Source: Phoronis australis (Eukaryota > Animalia > Phoronida). From it: a DNA stretch of 64,000 bases. Below are positions 33,303 through 47,500 of this stretch, in pieces. The DNA lies in NCBI GenBank assembly GCA_002633005.1, contig NMRA01000150.1, forward strand, positions 30,071 through 94,070, read 5' to 3'. The notes under the pieces were generated by a model. It saw nothing but the letters and a program-made list of their open reading frames with translations, had not been told where the DNA came from and did not search any database. Both the position numbers and the translations under genes were made by a program. The stretch's first letter is position 1, and every line of letters starts with the position of its first letter.

Positions 33303-34184
33303 GTGAGCTTGTTTTATTTGCCACTTTCAGAAAGCCTTTTGAGTGGATTAACTTTCTTTAAAGCAAATTTTGTAGCCATTGATGTCTTGTTATAACCTGT
33401 GGTTTGAGACATGACAAGCTTTGTTTGTTTTGTGACTTTCTTAGCTCAAAGGTTAAATTGTTTGAGGACTAGCAAAGATTAATCTATCTTGGGTTGTGAT
33501 ATAGTAACATCTGAAGTAGTTTCATACATAGGCCAGAGTGACTACACTGCCACTCTTGAACAGATCTGTGTCTTGAGTATATATATTTAAGTTGTGAAGG
33601 CCACGAGAGCACCAGCCATCCAGGACAAGGTGGGGGTCAACCGATTTTCACCAAATTTGACACATAGGTAGTCCTATGGGATCTGTAAACAGTGGTAAAA
33701 TATTTCCCTGAAATACTACATTCTACCAAAGTTATGAGCTCAAATACATTTAACGGCTTCGCAGCCATGTTTTCACGCTGTAAAAACTGTCCAAATTTAA
33801 CTGTTTACATTTTCCCTTGAATGAAAGCTGTTGAACTATTATTCACATGGCATTGTTTAGTGATACCAGTAGACTGTTACACAGATGTCTTGAAAAAAAA
33901 ACCCGATTTGCCATTTTGAGGTTATGTTCAATACACTGCTATACCAAATCTGCCCCCACTGCTATGAGAATGAAACTTGGCCAAAATGTTGACAAAACAT
34001 GTTACTAGCGAAGAAATCAAATAGAGAGCATACAATCAACTACAATAAAAAACAATAGATGGCGCAACATGACGGTCCAATCTACAGTAGGACAGTACTG
34101 GCTGGGTCAGTCTGGGTCAACTAGGCATAACCAACACAAAGTGAACTGAAAGCCAGCCAGCTGCGTGCTTGCATAGGTGACCGA

Positions 34185-34839
34185 AGGAACAACGGTGTCC
34201 GAAAGTCTGAGAAATACGCTCTCGCAGACTTTTTCAAAGGCCATACTTCAAGGAATCCACATGCAAAAATTCACGTCATTTGCTCTTCCCGTTAAAAATG
34301 CAACACCAGAGTGATTGAAAACATGTGAACATGCGCCACAGCCGCCATTTTGGAAGTGACTTCCGGTTCAATAATTTTTTATAAAAGCTTATTAAACTCA
34401 ACAAACACGTGACCAGTTTGAAAGTGATTGGTTTGCAAATGCGCCCTCTACAGGATAAAACGTTTTTTGCTATATTTCGGGGTGCGCATGCGTCACGTCC
34501 AATATTTCCGCCATCTTTAACCGGAAGTCAACGATTTTCTGCACAGTTGTAGCACATACGTTCTGGTATATTCGTACCGATTTTCAGCCATGTAGGTCGA
34601 AAAATGCGGCCTCTACGAGTATTTGACTGTGAAATCGGATACAAAATGGCCGCCACGTCCGCCATTTTGTATCCGATCATGACCAAAAACAATAGCGTTC
34701 CAGTACTTCCAGATCTACATGTTGTGTGCAAATTTCGTGAAAATCGGACGACAATTGCGACCTGTAGATAGCGAACAAACAAAAAAAAAACTTGCTGTCA
34801 GACCAACATACTTGGCGGAAGAATTCCGCCAAGTAAAAA
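34185..34839 (-). mobile_element. Helentron/HINE-like element, same family as 1-886
   Basis: Terminal palindrome TACTTGGCGGAA-G-AATTCCGCCAAGTA plus AAAAA; body homologous to 235-886. Left boundary approximate. Confidence 0.6.
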
Positions 34840-36768
34840 TTACAGGCTTGGAGCGCTGCTTAGTCTCGTGACGTATTTGGCGGGGGCAAAGTCACTGTCC
34901 TGTGTTAGCGTGCAATCAAGTAGCGTTTTTCATATTGTCGGAATAAGAAATTTTAGTGCAATGTGGACTCTAGCCATCCAGTCAGTCAGCTGTCAGCCAA
35001 TACTCCGGCAGCTCTGTAAACTTGAAGGGTTGGTAAGTTACCGACTGTAGCTGTATGAAGACTATCGTACCACTCTGTGTTGAACTCCGTTAACCCCAAA
35101 ATTTCAGACAGCCGTTGACTACCCAGGTATAGTTGACTCAGTTATGCTCGTCACCTCGCCGTAAAACTTAGGCTACATCAACATATAAAGCTAACGGACC
35201 GGCGGGGGCGCATGCAAAATCTGGTATACTCACCCGACACTCCCATTGTTCGTTGCAGCCGTTTAAGTGGAAAACAATCAAATAAACGTCATTTGGTAGC
35301 ATAATTTGCCGCCGTTTAACAAAGAAGTGTGTCGTCCGTTTAAAAACAGCACGCTCGTGACACGGCGCACGCGCCATTTCATAAAAATTTGAGACGTCTT
35401 TCGGGACATGATAACAGCTTCGCAGCACCAAGGTTGTTCAAAAATTCGGTTTGCTGGTGTAAAAATACTAAAAACTTAGAACAAAATGAAACAAGCTCAG
35501 ATAATTTGTTATAACATGTACGCAACCTAGGTACCGTCAGCGACGAACACTTGATAAAAGAATCAGGGGGAAAAGAAACTGGTAAAGGTCAGGTGATGTA
35601 ATTGCAAAAAGCCGACTCAAGAGAACACATCACAATTTTACTAGCAGCAGCCGATGAACGATCGCTAACATTTCCAACACCGGTAAACACAGAAGTTAGT
35701 TTACTCTAGGAACCTGGTTCCTAGGTTTACTTAAGGATGACTTAGTTTTAATGTCAGATTTTATTTGTACATTTTTTACCCATATCGGCTTAAACCTGTA
35801 GGCCTATATCTACACTGAGCTTTGGGCCAAGGCTTGGGTAACCCGGCGATGGTATGCGATGACCATCCCTTTAGAAGACGCCTTTTTCGAAGAGTTTGAG
35901 CAACCAGGTGCCATACAAAAAGGCATTGCGAACCTTTTACAGCACTGTGGCAAACAATAAAAAATAAGGACGATTGATACAATGATAAATTACGATGTAA
36001 ACTCTTCAAATATGACATAAGCCATGATGTGTAAAGCAGCCGATACCCCGCCGTTCACGTCACTGACACATCAGCCAATCAGCGATCGCTTTCAGAATTC
36101 AGTGTTTTGACCATGAATTCGAATTGGCTTTTGTTTGGCACGCAAGTCAGGCAAATGTGAGTTTTATTTGTATGTTAGAACCGATTAACTACAACATTAT
36201 TTTGACTACAGTCCCCTTTTAAGGTAATGTAGCCTCACTGTGAAATGGGATTTCCCAATGTCGCTGGCAACACTGTAAATTTTTTTTACTTCACAAACTT
36301 GAGGTGGCTGTTTGTACAGAGAATTATGTACCACATCAATGTTCTTATCAACAAATAACCATCGTAAAGTGAAAATTGGCTTGTTGGTTCCAATTAGACA
36401 GTATTTTTGCAATGAAATGGTCGTGGAAAAAATACTTTTGCAACATGGTTTGCATTACAATTGCTATGCGATTACAGTTGTACATGCATACTATACCAGT
36501 TAGGAAATTACTCATGGGAACCATGAAATAGTCAATTCACCAAAAAGCAAAGATTCACCAGAGCTAATGTGCCAACACTTGAGTTCTGCAACAAAAAATA
36601 TCATCTGAAGTGGACATCTCTATAAGATGGCTTGTCTAATAGTGTGTGACTTTATGCACACAGCCTGGTCTCAAGGAATAGCAAACTGTTGATTTGCTGC
36701 AACTCCAGAAATCACTTCCCATCTGGATATGGAACAAATTGAGAAAAGTTTATAGAGGTAAATGGTCT

Positions 36769-37501
36769 TGTCACGTTTTTCCCCGTGTGTAGGTGGGCGC
36801 AGGTTGTTACAGACCGGTGCTAATGGCTTTCGGTGCGACGATAGACTGAAGACTGGTTCGAGTTAATCCTTATATTAATCTCGACCGTATGTTCACAAGC
36901 CTACTCAAACAAAGCGTCTAACGTAATGTCTGTTCTATGCTCCAGCCAATGCTGCAAAGCCTTGACTTGTGATAAACATCTGAGACACATTCAGCAACTG
37001 TTACACTCACTGATTCAAATAATCTGCTGTCTTTATAGCTGGCTCTCTATTGACTATGGCTGATTCTCTTCACTGCAACTCAACTTTAATTCTCTCATCT
37101 GTTTAAGTGTTAACTGCTTTACTCTTGAACTGACTAATACAAGCCCGTGCTTGTGTATTTATAGACTAATGCAATGTTTAAAAACATTTCAATAATTCAT
37201 GCACATGCCAGAACTTTCTGGAATCTACCCAATCATTCTACAAACATATACTAGTCTTTGGAATATTCCAGACTGCATTAATCAGTGTCATGCTAGAGTC
37301 TTTTAGAAAGTTCTACACTATACTGTAGTAAGCAAATTACATCATCACTACTGAACTCAGTCTAGTAGAAAGTCCCATACTATTCTGTAGTAAACAAATT
37401 ACATCGTCACTGTACTTAACTCAAGAGTCATGCCAATAGAGCAGAACAACGAAACAAAACAAAACAATACCACTAAAACAGTGTCAGTCTATATTCTGAC
37501 A
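36769..37501 (-). mobile_element. Solo LTR (733 bp)
   Basis: Ends TGTCA...TGACA with perfect 5-bp TSD GGTCT (36764-36768, 37502-37506). TATAAATA box on the minus strand near 37156-37163; short internal direct repeats (TGTAGTAA.CAAATTACATC.TCACT). Confidence 0.75.
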
Positions 37502-38398
37502 GGTCTAAATCAAAACTTTACCTCTTGGACGGAATGTGGGTTTACAACCCAGGCAGAAAGATATGTGAACAAAACCAGCCAAACTGCAACAGGGGCTCAA
37601 ATGTTATTAATAAATACTCATTTACAAAATAAAATCCATAATGGTAAATACGATGCGGAAACATTAATTCAGATCAATTACACAAAAGGAAAAGAAAAAG
37701 TCAGAAATACCAAAACAAACTTCTAAATGTAATGGCGACACTGAGAAACCCTGTCAGACCAAAAAATCCAGTGGCTAAATAAAAAGAACAATGTACCATT
37801 ACCATGTAGCTGTACCAACTTAATCCACTGGCCCAGGAGCATGATTGGTGGCTGGACAAAAATTCAATCCAGATAAATTTAGATTTGTGCTGTTCGCACA
37901 GCAGTTCTAGTGCAAACAAAGCTTGCAACAACACAAAAGTCAACTTCCCTACATGCATGAGTGTGCATTATATTTCTCTTCATAAGATTGAAACATAAAT
38001 AAAACAATTGACCGATTTTATGCAATTACAAAATTTTTTTCAGATTTTTACAAGTACTTACTGTAGTATCCATGGGTTCCAAATCAAACTCGCTTTCTTT
38101 TGACCCACTCTGAGATTTCGTTAAGTCAGCCTGTTTTGTCTGGCAGCTTCTGCATATCCCTGAAATTTCATAGCTACATTCAATCAGCTGTATTGGAATT
38201 ATCTTTTGTTGCATGTTCAGTCATAGGCTATAGGGATCAACCAAATAGAGGTGGTTACTTTAGTGTGCTTGAGCAGCAGCCACTGTATACTATGTATTTG
38301 CTAAGCAATTTCTAGCAAGACCCACTAAAATCCCCAATGCAACCATACAAGATGTCCCCACCCTAGTTCACTACCATCCTGGTTTTTTATAACCTTAA

Positions 38399-40070
38399 AG
38401 GAGAATGCCACCCGATTTAATTAGTCTTTTTTACCGTCTTAATCGGTCTATATCCACATCGCCTCTTGTACGGTCGACCTCACCTTGCCGAGAGGTGTCG
38501 CGTTAACCTGTGAGGAAGGTGAGAAACGACGCAGCGACGTCAGTGGTTCGTCTGCAAAGTGAATGCTGCTATATTGCGGTGCATTGTTCCCGCTTGTCCG
38601 AACTATGAAGCTGCAAAGAAAGCGTGTATATTGTTTTTCGACTTCCTCGAGAGCCTGAAATGCTTAGGAAGTGGCTCGCGGTAGTGAAGAATGAAAGGTA
38701 AGCTGTTAATAGCAAGTATGAGGCCGTGAAACATCTCAGTGTCTGTGCCGGGCCGGCATTTCGTTGACTGATTTCTCTGACGAATTCCGGCTTACCAAAG
38801 AATTATCCATACGTTCCGTTGCCTGTGAATGTTCACGGCGCCTCTCAAGTATTTCTTGATCAGTGTATTCCGGTTCGAACTGAAAGCCTGTGAAACCTAA
38901 CGATCCAGCCCGTGAAGTCTTTATCGGATGAGCTCTTGAGTCTTGACTTAGTCCTGATTGGTGCCGGGCGAGTTGCCATGTAGACGTTTGTTATTCTGCG
39001 TTCTGTTTCAAAATGAATTATTCTCATTCTAACCAATGCTTATATGAAACTGAAACAAAGTCTGTCTCATTAGGTACAATTTATAATGCCTTGGAGTGCT
39101 CGTGAGTGCAAATGTTTTGAGAAGCCAGCAATGAATAAACCATTGAAATACCGGCTTTTGATGCCGGCAATCAAAGGTAATAGACCGGGCACCGAGGCCG
39201 TGTGAGCACATGCTAATTCAGTGTTTGCTGACAGAAAGCTGTTGTGAAACAATTACTCGATTTTATATGATATGGTTACATGTTAGGGGAATCTGTATTT
39301 AGAAATACAAAAACATTATTCAAATCATTGTAACTGTACAACCTTTGTCCTGACGGTCTGTGAAGGTGACCCGACTTCGCGGCCCCCGACCTGTAAGTAG
39401 ATTTTCAGTTTCGTGGCTAATTCACATAAATAATTACGTGTGCATTATTTCTTTGGCTCACTATTATAGTCTTTTCTTGACTGGAGGTTTAGTTTCCAAC
39501 TCAAGCTGGTTTGTGTTCGTACCAGTCCTGGTAGCTCGACTGGCCTGAGCGCCGGGGTTCCGAGCCACTGGCCAGGATAACAAGTCAGTCTGTCCGGGAT
39601 GGGCCTGATCAGGTTCCGAACTCAAAAAATCAGAAGTGTAAACAAAACAGATCTAGGTTCTTCTGTTTGTATTTCATGGAAGAATACTTCGAATTCATCC
39701 CCGAAAAGACCTTGGTAAATTGGCCTGCAGAACTTTGTAGGCAGCAGTGTGTCGAAATACCAGTAAATCCGTAACAGCGAAATAAAACAACACGTTTTTA
39801 TAAGAATTCAGTGTATTTTTAAGGGTTTTGCATCTAAGTTTGATGATTTATTGGTGTTAAACGATGAATTGAAGCGATAAGCTGACACCACTAACCCGTG
39901 TTGTGAACTGCTGAACAGACGGCGTGTGAAACCAATTACGTTGTCGGATAATTTCAACACCTGCGTCTGGCGTCAGGTGTCAGGTAACGCAACCGAACGT
40001 GCTGTTATCGAGTAGAACTACTCGATCTAAATTGATACCAAATAGTTTGTTTTTTGGGTGGCATTCTCCT
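38399..40070 (+). mobile_element. Non-autonomous Kolobok-like DNA transposon, copy 1 (THAP remnant)
   Basis: TTAA|AGGAGAATGCCACCC ... GGGTGGCATTCTCCT|TTAA. Decayed THAP domain (C.VPAC.N..FPRE.EMLRKW..RVC). TTAA TSD, RR termini and THAP fit Kolobok. Confidence 0.85.
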
Positions 40071-41853
40071 TTAAAGTCATGTAAAATGTTTAAACACATT
40101 TGGGGATTATTATAAAAAGCTATGATGACTATTTTCTGTGTCAATGAATCATAATTTCAGTTTAGTAAACATACTGGCCATTAGGTGGCACTTATCATTA
40201 TTGGAACCAAAGAGAAGGATTCGAGGACCACAACCGAATGGCAGCGTTGGACGACAGTTCTGTGATACCGGGTACCTGTTGCAGTCCTACGCGTAACAAA
40301 ACTGATTAACTTAACCTAACATATTAACCAGGATATGGCATTCATTTTGATCAGTTCTTCACTTCTGCAGTCATATAGTAATTAAACAATACACTGCATA
40401 TACTTCAAGACATGTGAAATAAGATATGATTAAAATATATAAGGCCCAAGTTATAAGCAATCACGGTGCATCAATAAAAGTATTTATGCATGAATGACGT
40501 GCTCTTACAAATATTCCTCAGGGTCAGACCCTGGAGTTCGGTGATTCCTACAAGAAAGAGTTTACGTCTTTGGTCATTTTTCAGACCTCTGTCGGATTTC
40601 CCCTCTTGTTTGCAGTACAGTGGCTATACTCAGTGTCTTTTGCAACGCCACTATATGTCGAGGGACGTTCTATCGATGCAAGTAAATCTACTGCGGTAGA
40701 TTATCTAGGTGTCCTGCTGCTGCACCTCTCCGAGGCAGAAAGACTACTCGGGAGGACACGTTTCACCTCCTTCACATCACCTCCCCTCACTTTTAAGGTT
40801 ATCAAATGTTTCACTCAGTTCCCTGTGCATTTCCCAAGAGTTTTCAACGTTGTTTCTCTCAGCAATTTGTAAAAATACCACATTTGATACGATTGACAGT
40901 GCCAGATTAGCAAACCTGCCTTTTAGATCAGCTATCATTCAACTAACGCATATTGTATGCTTTAGTTTGGTATTCAGAGTTAGATGAACAAATCTAGTAT
41001 AATTTCACATTTTAGTGGGAACTGCTTGTGTCTAAAAACATTTAAGCAAATTCCGTTAATTGTTGTATTATAGCATGGCATTTTAATGTGTACAAACGGT
41101 GCACAACTAGTGACTGGTTTAACATGACAAGTACACAAATGTGCGGTCTGAAAATGGTGAAATTCAGACACTTATTATCAAGGCTGCATGAAGGGCTGAC
41201 AGTTTTTTTGTATTTCATGGGCATGGAGTCTTCTACATGGCCAATGTTATTATTTTCAGTTATCTCATGGGGCAGCTTCACTATAAGGGTATAATTTACT
41301 GCTGGTTTTTCACAAGCATGAAATGTACCTCCACGGAAACAGCTCCAGTGTTACCATGGTACCCGATACTTCAGTGTCTGTACCGTTTTTGCTTTCATTG
41401 GTCATGAATCTCTGATGTGATATCAAAATTATTCAGAAATTATTCTGTTTGAAGCAGAAACTGCAGTAGAGAATGTAGTAAAAAATGACTCATTCCGCAT
41501 CAAGACATTGCCTCCCAGAAGACTACCCTAGTATCTCCTAAACCACTGAACTTTGTGGTGTCATACTTCACCCAATTTCTCTCATCCCTAATGCGATTTA
41601 TTAGACTAAACATGGTTCTGAATGGCTGACCCCCCACCTTGCCACTTGTTGGCTGCACTGTGGTCGGTGGATCCCTGGACTGATACTTAACCCTAACACG
41701 TAGCTTCTCATCAGTCCATGGATGTCTGTTAGCTTAGTGATAATGAACGATAAATAAATTTTATGATATATGATGATAACAACTTTTGTCATTTGCATTT
41801 CATTCGTCTTATGTGCAGCTCTGTTTTGATTTGTTTCTATAAATATTTCACAG

Positions 41854-41935
41854 GTACAAAGATCTTGCCGAGAACTTTGATAATGTTGAGTTCATTCCCG
41901 GTGGTGCAACACAGAACTCTATCAAGGTTGCCCAG
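41854..41935 (+). CDS. ADK: Adenosine kinase exon 4
   Basis: ttcacag|G TAC: YKDLAENFDNVEFIPGGATQNSIKVAQ|gttag (GG-switch motif GG.TQNS). Confidence 0.96.
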
Positions 41936-42444
41936 GTTAGAGCTTTTGTTTCACCCTTAATGTACTTCTTTCCTCATAGTCTTGATCTTGGGAAAAAGGT
42001 TGCATTGGGAGATTTGTAACTACCCATCTCATTTTGCCTGCGTAAATGGGAAAGCATCTTTTTTGGTAAAAAAGGTTCTTGTTTATCTTGGATCAACATT
42101 TTCCTTGTTAACTGCTGTTCCCGTGGCTTATATTTACTGTCTGTGGAATAAAAAAACAGTGATGTAGATGGCCCATTTAAAGGCTCACCTCTTAATTCTG
42201 CATTCACTTCCTGTGAGTATACATAAATAACGTGCTCAGACTGTAGTCCATAACTAGTAGGGTATTGTGTTTGTTCAATGGAAGTGAGTGCACAACCAAG
42301 ATATGGGTCTTTTGCTAGACCATTCACATCAGTTTCTATTGTTCCATAGGCAATAAAAACACCAGTGGAACAGCAATTACCATAGAAAAATGTATTTCCA
42401 AGATAGGTAGGAAATCTGTATTCTTACTAAATGTAACATAAAAA

Positions 42445-43321
42445 ATAAATATAGATTATTATATGGCGAAGTTGTTATCCCCCGTTATCTAGAGCCTGAG
42501 TGGATTTTGGAGAGTTATAACTTGAGGTGCGTTAGCCCCGAGGGTGATAATTCTACAAAATCCACGAGGGCTCTAGATAAGGGGGATAACGACTGAGAAC
42601 ATGTAACAACCTATTTATACCACATACTGAACAAGAAACATTGCAATGAATCAATCTACCTTTCTCGACTTGCCTCGGCTTTGTAACTACTTTCTATGTC
42701 AGAGGCCCAGGGTCGGAGGTCGTGAGCTTTCAAGAAAAGCTGAGCTATTTTTGTCAAATGATGCTTTTACTCAAAACCAATTCAAAATTTAAACAAAATA
42801 GAAATAAAGTGACTCTATGAATTAAGGTTTAGCAACTATTATAGCTCACTACACATTTTATCATGCTAAGCTTCGACCAGGAAAATATTGTCTGCTAAAG
42901 TAGGTTATCAATAGTAACTGAGTATAATGCTCAAGTCAAAGGATCCCGACGACACAATACCCGCATTCAAATTGGAGATTGGTGATTTACAAATGAGAGA
43001 ACACGAGAGAAAAATTTCACTAAAAAAGGTATCGTTTTTATGGAAATAATGCGTCCTATTTTTCATAGCGTATAAATGTTGGTTCAACGTTCTTCGCTGA
43101 ACATTCGATTGTTGCGCATGCTCATTTAAATATTTTATTTTCACGACTGATGACATCAGCCGTTGAGTAGTGTAGTGGTAAAGTCGGCGACTCTAAACTC
43201 TTGAAGCCCGGGTTCAAAACCGGCCTCAGTTTCCCACCAAAATGTTATCTCACTAGTGAGATACCTAAATGTGTTATTACACGGTTGTATTTGCCATTTG
43301 ATGCTAATATTGTGGTATAAT
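42445..43321. mobile_element. Palindrome-bearing non-autonomous repeat (Crypton-like, tentative)
   Basis: ~120-bp imperfect hairpin GTTATCCCCCGTTATCTAGAGCC...GGCTCTAGATAAGGGGGATAAC (42474-42590), plus an IR pair TATACCACA (42616) / TGTGGTATA (43311). No TSD seen; boundaries approximate. Confidence 0.4.
43157..43231 (+). pseudogene. tRNA-like sequence (Pol III A/B boxes); SINE head or tRNA pseudogene
   Basis: A-box-like TAGTGTAGTGG and B-box-like GGTTCAAAACC with T-stem CCGGG/CCGG. Acceptor and anticodon stems pair poorly. Confidence 0.45.
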
Positions 43322-43630
43322 GGAATGTATGTTACGCATCCTTTTGTGGCATAAGGCAAATCAAAAATAAATAAATCAATTTCTGAACTTATTGTATACC
43401 TTCAGACGATCTGTAGAAGTTTCCGAGATGGGGACGCTACATTATCATTAGCATACAGTCCAGAAATTGATTTATTTATTTTGATTTGCATTATGACATA
43501 AAAAATGATTGCGTTGCTCTGTAAAGAACATGTGTGCTGCTGCTGCTTGATATTCAATTTAAAAGTTGTGCCGTTCTTTTCTGAAATCTCACAGTTGGAG
43601 TTGCATGTAGTACCTGCTTCCTGTTTGCAG

Positions 43631-43797
43631 TGGCTTCTTAGGGTTCCCAATGCCACAACTTATTTTGGAGCTGTGGGTAAGGACTCATTTGAGCAGATCA
43701 TGAGAAAGAAAGCCACAGAGACGGGGGTCAATGTGATCTACCAAGCTCATGACGATCCAACTGGCACGTGTGCTGTAGTCATCACAGGAAAAGACAG
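43631..43797 (+). CDS. ADK: Adenosine kinase exon 5
   Basis: tttgcag|WLLRVPNATTYFGAVGKDSFEQIMRKKATETGVNVIYQAHDDPTGTCAVVITGKD(R)|gtgtgt; PfkB signature 1 region and PTGTCA motif. Confidence 0.97.
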
Positions 43798-44552
43798 GTG
43801 TGTATACACACACAGCCTACTGGCTGTATTTCAAGAGGCGTTAAACCCGTACTTTCTGTCGAAATTCAAGTTTTGTTTTTGGCCACTTACTGTTATAAAA
43901 TTGATCTTAAATGATTCCATAGTCAAATTAGAGACGATTTCAGGACTAAACAGTTATTTATCCAGACCAAGCTGAAAAAAGTTGAGGTCAGTTCTTCTTG
44001 AGCCCAGTAATCATTTCTAAACTGAGTAAGAATAAGGATAATGCCAATTTTAAAACTGTAAGTGACCAAAATCAAAACTTGGTTTTTGACAGAAAGTAGG
44101 CATTTAATGGACTTTAACGTTACATTTGTTTTCAAAATAGGAGGTTGACACACCTTGAATGAAAACAAGGGATATTTCTTTCTCTTTTGACAAGCCCAAA
44201 GTTGCCAACCGTGGAGTATTATTAATTCATGTACTCTGTTGAGTTGTTAACATTTTGGAATGAATGTGTTCAGCGCACTATCACAATCTAAAAAAATTGG
44301 TATGTATATTTTTATGCGCCCACATATTTATATGTGGACGCATTATGCCGTCATCTCCGTCAGCGCAGCGTCCGTCCGGTGTCCTGCGTCCACTGCTCTA
44401 TCTCCAAAATCCCTTGACGTATGTTCATGAAATTTTGCACATGTGCTTTTTATGAATGGGACGGCATGAGCAAACTTTTGAACGGATCCAACTACTGGTG
44501 TGCCGCCTAGTGGTAATTTTTTTGCGCCCGCATATTTTTATGTGAGTGCATA

Positions 44553-47500
44553 TGTGACCCACCACGACAAAATGAGTCTTAAGTTGGAAACTCTATTTCC
44601 TGGCAAGACTGCAAACAGTCGCTATCGGTTAAAATAAGGTCAAATGTTTTTTATTTCAGATTATCATTATTTATTAATTCTACTTCACAAATAGTACTTT
44701 AAAACAAGCAAACTTCATTTTAAACCTTATTTATTTCATTTTGAAAAACTTCACCTTCTCCACGACTGCATATCTCTTGAAATTTTCATCGAAATTTGCC
44801 GGTTTTCGTGTCTCCATTGCTCAGTCACCCGATGACCCAATTCGCTCGTAAACACATCCACAGAAAGGTCAAACTCTGCTCATTATGCATGTAGTAAGCT
44901 CTTTGAGTTTTTCGTCCAATCATCAGTCGTAATTTCACTTTTTGCATTAGGAGATATTCAACAGAAGTGCCACTCACCAGTCTTTTAGCTAGCAACGACC
45001 TTTAAACCCAATACATAGCTGACCTTCTTCGCTAGAACTGGTTAAGTGGGCGTGAAACTGTGGGGTCGCGAGGTCACGGCATGTTTACAAGACAGTAAGA
45101 TGGCTGGTCGCTGTGTAGCTGATATCTCAGTGATTAACTCTTGCCTCTGACTGCCGTATCAAGATCAGCAAGAATTAACTGAACTCATCAAAGAGCACAT
45201 TTGTGGATGGAGATTAGGAGGAATTTCGTGACAGCAACGAGTCGTCTGACAGCAGCAACTCATCGCCAGATGAGTTTCATGATCGACCCATCGTGAATAT
45301 GGTTACGTTGGATTGGAACAAACAGAACTTGAAGAAAACAGTCCGGATTAGCTTTAATCGCAGAACAATGTCTTGTACCTGCAAGCAGCTGAATATTACT
45401 GCAAGAGAGAATAATCTTCGATAGGGCTGAATCACTCGTCAGTCGCGGAAATCGTTGCTCTTCAGTCAGTGTCAGTGGACTTGGATAGGGTTGTCATTTT
45501 TTTCAAAATTATTCACACTAGCGTAAAATTTTGAATTATTTTGAACAAAGGTCAGCCACGAACTTGTATTTTGTAATCTACAGGACTTCATTTTATTAAA
45601 CTTCTCCAAAATACACTTTAACTACTTGTTTTACTTGCGGTAACCCCTCCTGCCACAAGTGGACTGACCCTGTTTACATAAGCTGGGAAATTTATTGACC
45701 CAGTTGCAGCAACCCAACATGAATATCACTCCTTTTTGGTTTGAGATTACATAATAAGGTCTATGTTTTTTTTTCTAATTTCTGATTACTTTCATTTGTT
45801 TATGTTGTTTTGTATACTAATAAGTCTGAAATGTAGCATTCAACTGCAGGTTGCTATGGAAATTTTAAAGACATTATCAGCACTTTTTCTCGGCCATTTT
45901 CCTTGACGTTTGAAAGCTCTAAATTTTCGCTCTCCCCGACTAGAATTGGCAATAACTCGGTCATTTTGAAGATAAGGACATGTTTCATACCTCTAAATGA
46001 TCAGAAAATACTGTATTTTCATAAAAAATAACAATTAAAGGAGAATGCCACCCGATTTAATTAGTCTTTTGCCGTCTTAATTGGTCTATATCCACATCGC
46101 CTCGCATACGGTCGACCTTACCTTGCCAAGAGGTGTCGCGTTAACCTGTGAGGAAGGTGAGAAACGACGCTAGCGACGTCAGAGGTTCATATGCAGAGTG
46201 AATGCCGCTATGTTGCGGTGCGTCGTTCCTGCTTGTCCGAACTAAACAGCTGGGAGGAAAGCGAGTATATCGTTTTTTTTTTACTTTCTCGAGAGTCCGA
46301 AATGCTTAGGAAGTGGCTCATGGTAGTGAAGAATGAAATGTACGCTGTAAATAGCAAGTATGAGGCCGTGAAACATCTCCGTGTCTGTGGCCTGCAGACG
46401 TCGACAGTGCCGGACGAATGTCGGCTTACCAAATAACTCCATACGTTCCGTTGTCTGAGCTTGTTCACGGCGACTATCTAGTATTTCTTCATCACTGTAT
46501 TCTTGTTCTAATTGATCACCTGTAAAACTTAACGATCCACCTGCGAAGTCGGGACAGATGAGCTCTAGTTCGTCCTAAGTCGGGATTGCGAGTTGCCATG
46601 TTGGCATTTATTACTGAGCATTCTGTTTCAAAATGAATTATTCTCACCCTAACCAATACTTATATAAAACTGAAGTTTGTCTCATTAGATGCAATTTGTA
46701 ATGCCTTTGGAGTGTTCGTGAGTGCAATCCAAATGATTTGAGAAGCCAGCAATGAATAAATCACTGCGTTACCGGCTTTCAGTGCAATAAAACTAGTAAC
46801 GGGACACCGAGGCCGTGTGAGCTCGTGCTAATTTAGTGTTTGCTGGCAGAAACTGTTGTGAAACAACTCGATTTCCATCCCACGGCCAGGTGTTAGGGAA
46901 TCTTTATTTACATTTACATTACTCAAATAATGATTGTCAATGTACAACTTCTGCTCTGACGATGCTATGGCCAAAGCGGAACCTGAATTCGCGGCCCCCG
47001 AAGAGTAAGTAGATTTGCAGTTTCGTGGTAATTCACCAACATAATCACGTGCACATTACTTTGGCTCACTAGTATAGTATTTTCTTGACTGGAAGTTTAG
47101 TTTCCACTGAACTTTGGCTGGTTTATTTTCGTGATGTCTGATCAGTTTCCGAGCCACTGGCCCGCCCGGGATAACGGGCCTGATCGGGCTCCGAGCCACT
47201 GGCCAGGATAACAAGAGTTTTGTGTTTAGAACTCAAAAAATCACAAGTTTAAACAACACAGATCTAGGTTCTCATGTCTGTATCTCACGGAAAATACTTC
47301 GAAATTGAACTGACCCCAAACTCCTGCTACGGACCTTATTGTCCTGCCGAACTTTGTATGCTATGGTGTGTCCAAATACCAATAAATCCGTAAGAGCGAA
47401 ATAAAACAACTTGTTTTTATAAGAACTCGGTGTATTTTTAAGGTTTTTACATCGAAGTTTGATGATTTATTGGTGTTAAACTATGACTTCAAGCGATAAG

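Noticed and set aside
33590-35720. Larger DNA transposon surrounding the HINE at 34185-34839
   Set aside because: The sequence is repeat-like, but I could not identify paired termini or a TSD.
38060-38160. Minus-strand exon-like segment (ICRSCQTKQADLTKSQSGSKESEFDLEPMDTT with AG/GTAAGT ends)
   Set aside because: Neighbouring candidate exons (37800-37950, 40500-41460) did not join into a stop-free or recognisable protein; insufficient support.
43157-43231. Functional tRNA gene
   Set aside because: A/B boxes are present but the acceptor and anticodon stems do not pair convincingly; kept only as tRNA-like.
43505-43975. 156-aa ORF as a stand-alone gene
   Set aside because: Only 43631-43797 matches ADK and is bounded by AG/GT; the rest is intron read-through.
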